From Octopus sinensis (taxonomy: Eukaryota): 64,000 bases of DNA. Shown in pieces: positions 26,612 through 38,835 of the stretch. The translations under genes and the position numbers were made by a program. The notes beneath the pieces were generated by a model, which saw only the letters and a program-made list of their open reading frames with translations, ran no database searches and was not told the DNA's origin. Position 1 is the stretch's first letter; each line of letters begins with the position of its first letter. Location: positions 46,934,001 to 46,998,000 of the forward strand of contig NC_043005.1 of NCBI RefSeq assembly GCF_006345805.1, written 5' to 3'.

Positions 26612-26780
26612 AAACTGAGAATGTGGGTCTGTCTGTCTGTTGTCTGTGTGTGTGTTTCCCTAAAACTTGACAACTACACAACCAATTTCATTCAAATTTT
26701 ACACACGCCTTACTTAGTGTCCGGGGAGTGTCATCGGCAAAAAAAAATATTTTCACCGTTTATACGGAAGCATTTTTATT
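26605..26780 (+). mobile_element. Helitron-like non-autonomous element, 5' end
   Basis: tatataaaactgagaatgtg..tctgtctgtctg..aactac.caac..atttcattcaaatttt.caca.gccttac.tag.gtcc..gtgtcat, the same family as 59060-59240. Confidence 0.6.
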
Positions 26781-27255
26781 AGAATGCCTTCGAACTCATT
26801 AAAAGTAAAATGGAAGAAATACAAACCTATTTCGGATTGATCACCGACAAAGACGGTGAATCTAGGATAACACTAACAAACGAAATAAAAAATTAAATTA
26901 AAGAAAAGACTATTGTCTATAAAGTATACGATGGAGAGAAAAAAAAGATTTGAACACCCGGAGGAAAGCACCATCAAAAAGTGTCTTGGTGCGACTATGA
27001 AAGATATCTAACCAGGGGTGGAAAATACGCCACAATAGAAGCAAGGTTCGAGTCAACGGAGCGTGCAAGGGAGTACTCGACTCGAACCTTGCAAAGTGGA
27101 AATATTTTATTTTTACCTTTATATCTGGGACGTAGGACGTCCCGGATAAAAATTTAAAATGTCCCCCAAGAAGTAGAGGTAGGCTGGATTGTAGCAACAC
27201 TTCTATACAGGAGGAAAGACAATATACAATAGATTGAAATTGCAAGAGGCGGGCC
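26780..27255 (+). pseudogene. Degenerate coding fragment, possibly LINE (L1/Tx1-like) ORF1
   Basis: Protein-like frames with stops and frameshifts: NAFELIKSKMEEIQTYFGLITDKDGESRITL; YLTRGGKYATIEARFESTERAREYSTRTL; YLGRRTSRIKI*NVPQEVEVGWIVATLL. Family assignment is tentative. Confidence 0.4.
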
Positions 27256-28159
27256 TACAATTCCAGTCTGTTATATATTTTGAGTATTGTTATCACTAGC
27301 GATATCAAGATATAACTTTGTATTTTGTATTTTATGTGTAGATGTATATATATAGATGTACATGTAATACGTACACATATATATATATATATACACATAT
27401 ATACATGCACTAGGACTATGACCCGGCAACACACGCATACACACACACACAAACATTCGCATCATGATGCATGTTTAACATAATTAGATATATATATGAC
27501 TGTGTATGCATAAATGTATATAACGTTATATGTGGATAATACACAGACACAGACGCGCGCACACACACAAACATACACATACACACATGTACACAAAGAT
27601 GAACAAAAATGCACGTGCATATTACTAATTAAATAGTAGCATATATGCGTGTATACACCTATGTCTGCATACAGGCATGCGTACATAAATGCATACGTTC
27701 AAAGAACTATTGTGCATACGTACTGAATGACACTGACACAGCATGAACTGCGACCGTTGATATTAGCTGTTTCTTTTATCATGCAACGATACTAATCACG
27801 TGCATTGAGAAAGATCTCTGGACCAAGGCATGTGAAAAACACAGGACGTGGGGGAAAAATACAAACTTTCTTTTGATACAGTATCCTTGTTTGTCTGAAA
27901 AACTTTTACAGAAAACAAAAAAAAAAACATGAAATATTACTGCTTGGCAGTTATAGGTTATAGTAAACTAGTGCAATATGTTATACAGTATCGTAGTGTA
28001 AGTGAGGTGTGATTGTGTGGTAGAATAACGGGTTGTGGTTGAAGTTAAAATATTTTTCAGAATTCAAGTGATGTGAATTTTACGCCATCTTGTTGCAGTT
28101 TTCACATACTTTTAACATATCAAATGTATGATATGTTATCTCTTATTTTTCGCCTTTAA

Positions 28160-28656
28160 TTGTTTAACTGTTTCAGTCATTAGACACCGACCATGCTGAG
28201 CCACTGCCTTGGAGAATTTTAGTCGAATGAATCAACCACAGTACTCATTTCTTCTTTGAAAGAACTATACTTATTCTATCGCTCACTTATGCCGAATGAC
28301 TAAGTTACGGGGGCTTAAACACACCAATTTTTACGGAACCGCTAAGATACAAGGACAACAGCATCGGTTGTCAAGCGATGTTGGGGTACAAACACAGATA
28401 TACAAACATATACACACACATACAGACATATATATATATATTATATATATATATATATTATATATATATATATATATACACACACATATATATACGACGG
28501 GCTTATTTCAGTTTCCGTCTACCTAATCTACTCACAAGGCTTTGGTCGGCCCGAGACTATAGTAGAAGACACTTGCCGAAGGTGCCACGCAATGGGACTG
28601 AACCCGGAACCATGTGATTGGTAAGCAAGCTACTTACCACACAGCCACTCAAGCGC
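28160..28656 (-). mobile_element. SINE family A, near full length (second head fragment follows at 28665-28800)
   Basis: Reverse complement of 28837-29227, including the internal TA microsatellite. Confidence 0.9.
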
Positions 28657-28836
28657 ACGATTGGTTATTTTCAGTCTCCGTCTACCAAATCCACTCACAA
28701 AGCTTTAGTCGGTCCGTAGGTATAGTAGAAGACACATGCAGTGGGGATGGATCCGAACTATATGGTTCTGAAGCTAGCTTCTTACCGCACAGCCACATCC
28801 ATATATGTATGAATATGAATATACATAAATAATTAT

Positions 28837-29227
28837 GGCGTAGGAGTGCCTGTATGATAAGTAGCTTGCTTATGAACTACATGGTTCTGGGTTCTATCCC
28901 ACTGCGTGGCACCTTGGGCAAGTGTCTTCTACTATAGCCTCGCGCCAACCAAAGCCTTGTGAGTGGATTTGGTAGACGGAAACTGAAAGAAGCCCGTCGT
29001 ATATATGTATATATATATATATGTATGTGTTTGTCCCCCCAACATCGCTTGACAACCGATGCTGGTGTGTTTATGTCCCCGTAACTTAGCGGTTCAGCAA
29101 AAGAGACTGATAGAATAAGTACTAGGCTTACAAAGAATAAGTCCTGGGGTCGATTTGCTCGACTACAGGCGGTGCTCCAAGATGGCCACAGACAGATGAC
29201 TGAAACAAGTAAAAGAGAGTAAAGAGT
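28837..29227 (+). mobile_element. SINE family A, full length (tRNA head, CORE-like segment, internal microsatellite, CR1-like tail)
   Basis: A/B-box-like head (GGTTCTATCCC), caccttgggcaagtgtctt core, 3' ggcggtgctccaagatggccacagacagatgactgaaacaagtaaaagag. Confidence 0.92.
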
Positions 29228-29245
29228 ATATATATATATATATAT

Positions 29246-29247
<2 letters not shown>

Positions 29248-29323
<76 letters not shown>

Positions 29324-29338
29324 TGATAGACAGATAGA
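29248..29338. repeat. (GATA)n microsatellite
   Basis: Directly visible. Confidence 0.95.
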
Positions 29339-29419
29339 GTGACATATAGATATTTATATACATACACATATACACTCATTCTCACATACATACACACACA
29401 CATATGAAAGATGGACATG

Positions 29420-29674
29420 GAAATAGAACAGAAGTAAGTCTACGACATTTCAATTTAAGAGGGAATTTAATAAAACTGAATTTAAAAATCATATGAAGAA
29501 AATTTTACCGGTAGACTTTAAAAAAAATATAGTTTGATATAGAATTCAAAGTGTGAGAGAGTGAGAGAAGAGGTGTCTATTTTCTAAAAGAAATCTTTGT
29601 ACGTTCCAGCCAAGGGAGTCGCTAAAAAGCGTTTATTGAATGTATTTTATGTTTCCTTGTGTGTATGAGTGTAT

Positions 29675-29722
<48 letters not shown>

Positions 29723-30052
29723 GTGTGTATGTGTGTGCGTGTGTGAATTGTGCTAAATGTCCTTTCAGTGTGTTTGGAAAGTGACCAGCTGCGAGCTGAT
29801 AGGTGTATATGTTGTGATGTCTTCTTGAAGAAAGAACTAGGATTTTCCTTTGAGTTAGGTGTATTCTATTTTACTTCAACTTTTTATAAAATTTTTTAAG
29901 ATGATAAGATAAGATTCTTATCATTCGAATGATAAGAATCTTATTCGAGATTCATCGAAACCGGTAATATTTTCTTTATATAATTTTTAAAATCATCTTT
30001 ATTAAATTCCCTCTTAAATTGATATGTCTTAGACTTTCTTGTGTGCTATTTC
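29420..30052 (+). mobile_element. Penelope-like remnant with inverted pLTR and degenerate hammerhead
   Basis: 29420-29512 is an inverted copy of 29960-30052. Upstream of the right arm lie gatga..[36-bp perfect palindrome 29909-29944]..tcatc-GAAAC-cg-GTA. 'CDV.LEERTRIF' near 29810-29850 resembles the PLE C.LC.EK..I motif. Confidence 0.6.
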
Positions 30053-30109
30053 TACCTCAATGTCTTAAATATAAAAATTTGATTTGTATTGATCTCTACT
30101 GTTTTTTAA

Positions 30110-30152
<43 letters not shown>

Positions 30153-30734
30153 TGTTGTATGTATGTTGTATAGTTACCAGCCCTGGCTATAACGTCTGTT
30201 ACACCACCAGCGTCACCGCAATTACTACCACTGCTACTGTCATTAGAAATATATGACAAATATTGTAGACAAGTATAAGTGACCAGTACAACTATTAATG
30301 AGTCACTCTTAGTTATTAAGTACCGTCGCCTTATAAAAAGTCTTCTGCATGATTGCAATGAAAATATGGCTTTGTCCAACATTGGAATGTAATGACCCTG
30401 GCAGTAGATATGGACGTTGTGACAACTCTTCACAAATTGTTGAGAAACGTCTGCTTAACACTAACACATACAGCAGCTGGAAGCCTCCATTACGTTGCAA
30501 ATGAGTTTAGAAATAAAATATGCAAACAAAAAAACGGATAAAGAAAAGAAAAATACCACGTCATGGGATGCACAAATGGATTCATAATAGAGTTAGTTTA
30601 ATCATTTTAAAACTACTATAGGTATCAAAATAACTATTGGTGAATTCTAAAGAAAAATCTAAGAAAGAACCGCAGGAAATCGTTCAGCCTGATACCGGCC
30701 TTACTCAGTGATTCTCTCCCTCTCTCATTTTTCT

Positions 30735-30740
30735 TATCTG

Positions 30741-30839
<99 letters not shown>

Positions 30840-30845
30840 GGATAG
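30735..30845. repeat. (TATC)n-(GATA)n self-inverted microsatellite palindrome
   Basis: Strand switch at tatct|agata (30795/30796). Confidence 0.95.
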
Positions 30846-30984
30846 AATCCGTCTTTGTATTATTCCTCTCTTCATTTTATCACTGATATCTTTCACGATG
30901 TTATTTCATCACTGTCGTATAAATAAATAAATAAATATACATATACATACATACATACATACATACATACATACATACATACAT

Positions 30985-31037
30985 TGCCCCAGCATGGCCA
31001 CAGCTCATTAGCTGAAAGTGGAAAAATCAAAATCAAA

Positions 31038-31040
<3 letters not shown>
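30985..31040 (+). mobile_element. Extreme 3' stub of the CR1-like LINE
   Basis: gccccagcatggccacagctcattagctgaaa + (aaaatc)n matches the 3' UTR of 35626-37417. Confidence 0.75.
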
Positions 31041-31079
<39 letters not shown>

Positions 31080-31138
31080 CACATACACTTATATTGCACA
31101 CACACATATATATATATAAATACACTCATATATATATG

Positions 31139-31187
<49 letters not shown>

Positions 31188-31245
31188 GTATATATATACA
31201 TATATATAAATAAATGCATACATGCATATATGTATATATATATAC

Positions 31246-31292
<47 letters not shown>

Positions 31293-31692
31293 TGTATACA
31301 TATATATACACACAAACACACATTTATTTATGTATCTCATATATTTATTTAATATTTTACCGACCTTTTGACTTACTTTCTACCCTCATGTTATCCCTTT
31401 TGTTCCCCACTGTTCCTCTGTAGTTACCTTTTTTCCTTCTTATTTTCTTTATATGTTTCTGCGATTACTTTTATTTTCTCTATTTCCTCTCTCTCTGCTT
31501 CTTATATATTCCTCTGATTATTTACTCTATTCCCATTCTTCTTGGCTTTTCTTTACTTATTCTACTATTCTTTCTCTTAAGAGATCTTCTACCACGTCTT
31601 TTTGTTGGGATTAACTTCACAATTCTCCTTCATGTTCTTTATCATTCTTCATTCTTTTCTCATATTTCGCGTCTTCTTATTCTTATATCAAC

Positions 31693-31725
<33 letters not shown>

Positions 31726-32983
31726 AATAATAATAATACAGCTTTTATTAAATCAGTACTTGCTGAATATCTTCTTTCCATAATTTTTATCTATAATCGG
31801 GTGAGCTGCTCCAGGGTATTTTTCTGTAACAATATAGCGTCAAACCTACATGACATCTTGCACTCCTATTGGTGCCATTTTTCTCAAACAGATATAGTTC
31901 TTTGCTCGTTTTTTTTGTTTTATGTGGCAATTTTTTCTTTCTTTTTTCTTTCTTTCTTTCTTCCTTTCTTTCTTTCTCTCTCTCTCTCTCTCTCCTTTCA
32001 CCTTGTAGGTGAAGTGAAAAATGTAGCACAAGAGAAATTATTGTGAAACAAACCAAACTGATGAAAAGATAGGAACAGAGAGCTGGATTGTAAAAGGGAT
32101 TAACGGCAAACGAAAAAGATTCCTCATAATTAATACAGGACCGAGTTAGCTTTTCACTATCGAGCAAGTTAAACATTTCCATGAAAACAACTGGACAAAA
32201 GTACTAAGAATACTAAATATAATTTTTTCTAGCCTCTGGAGTCAGTTGCTTTGATTTATTAATCAAAAAGCTGCATATGTCTTTGAAAGAGAATTCATCG
32301 TTTAGCATTGGAGAAAAAGTAGATACACAAATATGCTCTTCAAATGAAAAGCCACCGACGCCATCTTGTCTGAAAAGTAGATTTTGTTTTTATGGCGGAC
32401 ACCTCTTCAGTTTCATAGAGATCATAATTCTATTATTCTTACACTAAGATTACTATTTCATTTCATTATTCCTTTTCATCTTATTATTTTTTTTTCGATC
32501 TCCTTGGTCTAGAAGAGAGACAAGGAACAATGTATCTACCAATTCATGCTTATTTTTGTTTGATCACTTTATTTGCGGTGATGGAGACGAGGAGATTTTG
32601 TTAGTAGCAGAAAATTCAATAAAAATAGTTGTAGCGCAAACAACCGACTTTGCTTTCTAGGGTGTCGTCACACTTTTAAGTGAGGGCAATTGCTATTAAT
32701 CTATTAAATAGCTAGAAATGATGAATTACTTGCTCTTTCATTATTTGTTCGTTGCACGTCTTACTGCTGATGTAAACGGTTGAGAACTGGACTCGATACA
32801 ATATGATGTGCCGCTGGAACTGGGTTCAAATCCCGTAGGAAATGAGGTAGCTTTTCATCTCTATCAAGGGCGACAAAATAATTACCAACTATTATATAGT
32901 TCCCGTCATTATAAATTTGATCTTGTCTCTAAAAAAGTGATGTATTTAATTAGCTTGGAAGGTTTGATTATTATATTTCCTAA

Positions 32984-33376
32984 GCAGGAGTGGCTGTGTG
33001 GTAAGTAGCTTGCTATCCGGGTTCAGTCCCACTGCGTGGCATCTTGGGCAAGTGTCTTCTGCTATAGCCCCGGGCCGACCAATGCCTTGTGAGTGGATTT
33101 GGTAGACGGAAACTGAAAGAGGCCTGTCGTATATATGTATATATATATATGTGTGTGTGTGTTTGTGTGTCTGTTTTTCTCCCCCTAGCATTGCTTGACA
33201 ACCGATGTTGGTGTGTTTACGTCCCCGTCACTTAGCGGTTCGGCAAAAGAGACCGATAGAATAAGTACTGGGCTTACAAAGAATAAGTCCCGGGATCGAT
33301 TTGCTCGACTAAAGGCGGTGCTCCAGCATGGCCGCAGTCAAATGACTGAAACAAGTAAAAGAGTAAAGAGAGAGAG
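32984..33376 (+). mobile_element. SINE family A, young copy with a small deletion in the tRNA head
   Basis: High similarity to 28837-29227. Tail ggcggtgctccagcatggccgcagtcaaatgactgaaacaagtaaaagagtaaagag. Confidence 0.92.
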
Positions 33377-34199
33377 TATCTATTTGTACTGTAGGCGGTC
33401 GGTTTGATTCACCATTTTACTTTAAACAGCAAATTAAACTCTACATAATACTTTGTAAATCTACACTGTGCAATGCAAAAGTTCGAAGGAAGATGATCAT
33501 AACAAAATGAACACACTTAGCATATCTAAATCGATTTTTAAAGGTTAATAAAGTTTCTTAATTATTAAAAACAAATAGATAATTGTTAACACTATACTGA
33601 AAAATTTGCTTTTGAATTTAAAAAGCATATTGATTTTCAGTCTGTATTCTATGTGTAACATTTTCTGGCTTCAATCATTTAACTTCGGTCACGATAGGGC
33701 ACCGCCGTGAAGGTTTTGTTTTCAGTTAAATCAATACCAATACTTACGTTGATAGTATGTTACTTATTCTAACGGTGTATACTGCGACCGAACCGCAAAA
33801 ATTAGGCTAATGCAAGCATTCAATCAGCCGGTGTTAAATAATGTCTCGTAAAAGCAAATTATGTAGCGAGACAAAAGAGACGTACACATGTACAAACGCA
33901 TGCGCACAGTCATACATATATGCATACATGCATATAAACATTTATATATACATAGAATCAGTGATAAAATCAAAGACAAAAATAAATGCAAAGGCTTAAC
34001 AAGAAGTATACTTTATATCCTTGTATCCATTTACACAGTAGTATAAGATTACATTTTCAGAAATAAGTATAATTTTTAATGTAAATGTGGGAAAAAAGAT
34101 CCGGCTGCTGTAAACCACTATGCGACCGGAGTAATCACGTATGTGAGTAGAAAAATGGTGTTCTAGAAAATGTCAGACACTTCTCAGTTACACATAAAG

Positions 34200-34941
34200 G
34201 CACACACCACTGAGCAGAAAGAACATCGCGTCGACATCTGTCAAGATCTCCGTCGGCGTGCCGCAGATGACCCACCCTTCATGTCGAAGATCATCACCAG
34301 TGACGAGAGTTGGGGCTACGGGTCAGATCTTGAGAAGCAGCAGCAGTCGTCACAACGGAAGAGCTATTCATCTCCACGACCAACAAATGCAAGACAGAAC
34401 CGCAACTCAACCAGGAACATGTTCATCTTTATTTTAATTTTGTCGACAACCAAGCTATTGTGTAACGAAAATTGGTACGCCCGGGCCAGACCGTCAATCG
34501 AGGGTTCTACTGAGACGTTTTGAAGTGTGTGAGGGAGGACATTCGGCGAAAGCGACCGAATCATTGGAGTGCGAAGAATTGGATTCTTCACGACGACAAT
34601 ACACCCTGTCAGCGAATTCTTCTCTTTCGTGAGTTTCTGGCCAAAAAACAACATGGTATCGCTTCCACACCCGCCCTTTTCACCGGATACCAGCATTCCC
34701 ACAAGACGAAAATGCAGCTCAAAGTCGCCGTTTTGACACCGTTGTCAAGATCCAGAACGACTCGTAGGTCCTCGGTCGCTTACAGATAACGACTTCCAGA
34801 CCGGATTCCAGAAGTGACAGAAACGCTGAAACCGGTGTCCCAAGATGACTATTTCGAAGGAGATGATGTAAAAACTTAGGGAAATAAGTTATTCCTTTAT
34901 TAAACGTAACTAATCCGGGAACCTTTAGATATGACCAAGTA
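34200..34941 (+). mobile_element. Degenerate mariner (Tc1/mariner) transposon, 3' two-thirds with right TIR
   Basis: TEQKEHRVDICQDL..DDPPFMSKIITSDESWGY..KQQQSSQ..SPRP; IRRKRPNHWSAKNWILHDDNTPCQ..FLAK; ..YFEG. Ends in ccgggaacctttagatatgaccaag|TA. Confidence 0.9.
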
Positions 34942-34957
34942 TATGAATACAAATGTA

Positions 34958-34997
<40 letters not shown>

Positions 34998-35014
34998 GCA
35001 TACACACACACACA

Positions 35015-35361
35015 CAGTCATTTGACTGTGGCAATGCTGGAGCACCGCCTTTAGTCGAGCAAATCGACCACAGGACTTATTCTATCGGTCTATTTTGCCG
35101 AACCGCTAAGTTACGGGGACGTAAACACGCCAGTATCGGTTGTCAAGCAATGTTGGGGACAAACACACACAGACATAAACATACACACACACACGAATAT
35201 ATATATATACATATATACGACAGGCTTCTTTCAGTTTCTGTCTACCAAATCCACTCACAAGGCTCTGGTTGGCCCGAGGCTATAGTAGAAGACACTTGCC
35301 CAAGACACTTGCCCTATGTGGTTGGTAAGGAAGCTACTTACCACACAGCCACTCCTACGCC
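35015..35361 (-). mobile_element. SINE family A
   Basis: Reverse complement of family A with internal deletions. Confidence 0.9.
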
Positions 35362-35625
35362 TATATATTACGCTAACAGTCGACAATCAAGAATCACTAC
35401 TATTGCTCCCATCGGAACACAAGGTAAAATCTATAATGAACTCCTGCACTACACTTGACAAAACAGTAAGGAACGACTTACACCTTATAATATATTTTTC
35501 GCCTTTTCAAGAACATGGATTCTATTGAATGTATATAGCATGGACTCTATTGAATGTATGTAACAATTAGGAACTGTTCCATTATACTTTTTATGTATAT
35601 AGCATGGACTCTATTGAATGTATGA

Positions 35626-37417
35626 TTGATTGATTGATTGATTGATTCTAGTTTCAGCTTATGAGCTGTGGCCATGCTGGGGCACCGCCATTTGGTGTTG
35701 CTACTTGGTTTCACTTCATGAAGGCTTTCTAGCAACTGCTATTTGGTGCATGAGAGAGTTCGATGCAGCTGCCCTCATCCGCCCCTCCTGCCGTGAAGTT
35801 GGTTCATCTGGGACACCCGACAGGAAGAGATCAAGCTTCATTTTAAAGACATCTGCATCCACCCCATGCAGGTCTCTCAGGTCCTTCGGGAGGATATTGA
35901 AGAGCTGTGGGCCTCGGAAGCCCAGGCTATCACAGAATCTTGTCCTACATCTTTATGGCAAGTTTGGAGTCCTAGGCACCACGCAGTGGCGCCCAGTTCT
36001 GGCATTTGCGTAACTCTCGATGCCAAAGTTCAGGACACTTCCCTCCAGGATCTTCCAGATGTATATTATGGCATATCTTTCCCGCCTACGCTCCAGGGAA
36101 TATAGTTTTAATCTCTTGAGTCTTTCCCAGTAGCTTACATTCTGCATAGAGGCTATCTTCTTCGTGTAGCTACGTTGGATCGCCTCGAGCTCTGTGATCA
36201 ACTTGACACTGGATGGTGACCATAACTGAGAGCAGTAGTCAAAGTGGCTTAGGACAAGTGTCCTCCAGAGGACCATCATGGTTTCTTGTTCTCTTGTTCT
36301 AAAGTTTCTGAGGATCCATCCGGCCAGTCGTCTACATTTCATTGCCAATTTAGCAACATGTACGCGAAAGGTCGCGTCATCACTCATGTAAATACCTAGG
36401 TCACGCACTGATTGTGCCTCTGGGATTGCTATTCCTCCGGGTCCAGTGTATTCATTGGGTATTGCATTTAGTTTTGCATGCTGATAGTATAGAGCTTGAA
36501 ACTTTTCAGCATTGAACTGCATGCTATTCTTTTCGGCCCACTTGTATATTTTGTCTAGCTCACATTGCAGGTGTTTAGTGTCCTCAGGGTTCTGTATTGC
36601 CTGTGAAACTTTTGCATCATATGCATAACTTGTGATCGTGGCTCTCTGCGTGGCTGAGGGCATGTCTGAGAGGGACATTATGAACAGTAGTGGTCCCAGA
36701 ACAGTGCCCTGCGGAACACCGCTCACTATTTGCGTGTTAATGGAAGTGGCCCCATTGGCCACTACCACCTGACTTCTATCTTTCAGAAAGTCATGAAGCC
36801 ATTCTCCCAGTTTTCCAACTATGTTGAGATCACGCAGTTTGTGACATATCATTCCATGATCGACTTTATCAAAGGCCTTTGCAAAGTCGAGATATATCAC
36901 TTCCACATTTGAGTGGTTGAGCAGCCGTTTCAGCACCCAGTCATAGTGTTGTAGGAGCTGAGTTAAACAGCTTCTCCCTGGTCGGAAACCATGTTGGGTG
37001 TCGGGCAGCAAGTCATTCTCTTCAAGGAAGGTGATCAGCTTCCTTCTGACTATTCGTTCCATGACCTTGCTGATGTGTGAGGTCAGAGAGATAGGTCTAT
37101 AGTTCTTGGCTTCCGCTCTGCTACCTCCTTTATGAATGGGGCATATTTTACCTTCCTTCAGTTTTCTTGGAAGTTTGCCAGCTGCAAGGAAGCTCTGAAA
37201 GAGGAACTGCAGTGGTCTTGCTAGGACTCTCTTACATGCTTTTAGGAGGATTGCCGGGAATCCATCGGGGCCAGTAGCTGAGTCTGTTTTCATTTCATCT
37301 ATAACCTTGATTACATCGTCTTCATTTATATCGATGTAATCTATCGTCGCCGCCTCTGATTTTATATCTGCAGTGGTAAAAAAGTCAGTTGGATTGGTGA
37401 TTTGGAGATGCCCAAAT
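35626..37417 (-). mobile_element. CR1-group non-LTR retrotransposon, 5'-truncated, with (CAAT)n tail and TGTATGA TSD
   Basis: RT ORF; tail (attg)n on plus strand at ~35625-35646; TGTATGA at 35619-35625 and 37418-37424. Confidence 0.92.
35716..37410 (-). pseudogene. LINE ORF2 reverse transcriptase domain, inactivated
   Basis: GPDG..NYRPISLTS..QHGFRPGRSCLTQLL..YLDFAKAFDKVDH..GVPQGTVLGPLLF..YAYD (catalytic YADD mutated)..RDLGI..LWSP..LEAIQR. In-frame TAA at 35953-35955, after which the frame continues RCRTRFCDSLGFRGPQLFNILP..VFKMKLDLFL..PDEP to TGA at 35716. Confidence 0.92.
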
Positions 37418-38334
37418 TGTATGAAACAATTATGAACTATTCCATTATACTCTTTATTATAAAAAAATTCTTTTTGATAAGGTTCGTTATTTCAAGAACC
37501 GAAACATGTGAAAATTAAAATTTATCTATTATAGTGGCATTTTCAAACTTCTTTTTTACAAATATATATATATATATATATACATACATATGCACACACA
37601 CTCACTGCACATTGTAATTAAAATAATAATTTAAACTTAATTCTCATCTATATTGAATAGACGACTCACCGAATCTTGTGAATTCAATAATATTATTAAT
37701 AATTTACTGACATTACAAGTAACAAGCATTTTCCCAAACCTCCTTTGGTCCAAACATCCAGCCAATACAGTTATTAGTCTCGAAACTTTTAACTATGCAC
37801 CGTTAAGCGTTTATGAACGGACATGCTAAAACAATCACCACTAAGGTGCATTTTTAAATATTCTTTTAATCAAAACCTTCAGCCTAATCCAGCTAACACG
37901 CTCGCATAAAATTAAACTCTGAAAAATTAATAACGAAGAATAAAACCAATAACTATGTTTTACTTCCATGTTAACAAGCGATAAATCCCTTTTCTCTGCT
38001 TAGCAAAACTATAAAATTCCACTTCCTGCCTAACCGTTCAGAGGGTACTTATTGCATAATCTTTGAAATGAGTAATAAACTTTTTAAACAGAATTAATAT
38101 ATTGTAAATGTGCTGAAATATACTGAGTCATACATACGCATAAATATATATGAACAACCATACGCACACACACACATACACACATACACGCAAACATATA
38201 ACTACGGTTATATTTTCCTTCATTCATCGACTTAGGAATTTTCGAGCGGAACATAAACAGTATTAATGTCACATTTCTCGTATAATCTGCAAAAGATTTC
38301 AAACCAAAGACATAAAATTATGGAAATTTACCTA

Positions 38335-38525
38335 ACTGTCTCTTCTTCTTCTCTCCCTCCCCCTCTTTCTCTATCACTCTCTCTCTCTTTCTCTATCACT
38401 CTCCCTCTTTCTCTCTCTCCCTCTCCCTCTTTCTCTCTCCCTCTCCATCTTTCTGTCTCTCCCTCTCCCTCTTTCTCTATCACTCTCTCTTTCTCTCTCT
38501 CCCTCTCTCACTCTCGGTCTTTTTC
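38335..38525. repeat. (CT)-rich polypyrimidine low-complexity tract
   Basis: Directly visible. Confidence 0.9.
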
Positions 38526-38574
38526 CTTATATGTGTGTTTCTGTGTGTACACACATTATATCATAACATATCTT

Positions 38575-38793
38575 TTATCCTTGTCTTGTTTCAGTCGTCA
38601 ACCTGCAGTCATGTTGGGGTACTGCCTAGAAGAATTTAAGCGAATCGATACCAGCATCTATTATCTTTTAAGTCTGATACTTATTCAACCCGGCTCTTGT
38701 ACCGAACTGTTAGATTATCGAAATACAAACACACTAACACCGGTTGCCAAGTGGTGTGAGTTTGTAGAGGACAAACACAGATACACACACACA

Positions 38794-38795
<2 letters not shown>
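38575..38795 (-). mobile_element. SINE family A, 3' half (old)
   Basis: cttgtttcagtc..ctgcagtcatgttgggg..gaatcgat..acttattc..accgaactg..acaccggttgccaag. Confidence 0.75.

Positions 38796-38835
<40 letters not shown>

Noticed and set aside
35953-37293. Functional or novel RT gene (retron, DGR or domesticated)
   Set aside because: Typical CR1-group ORF2 with 5' truncation, TSD, repeat tail, YADD->YAYD and a premature stop.
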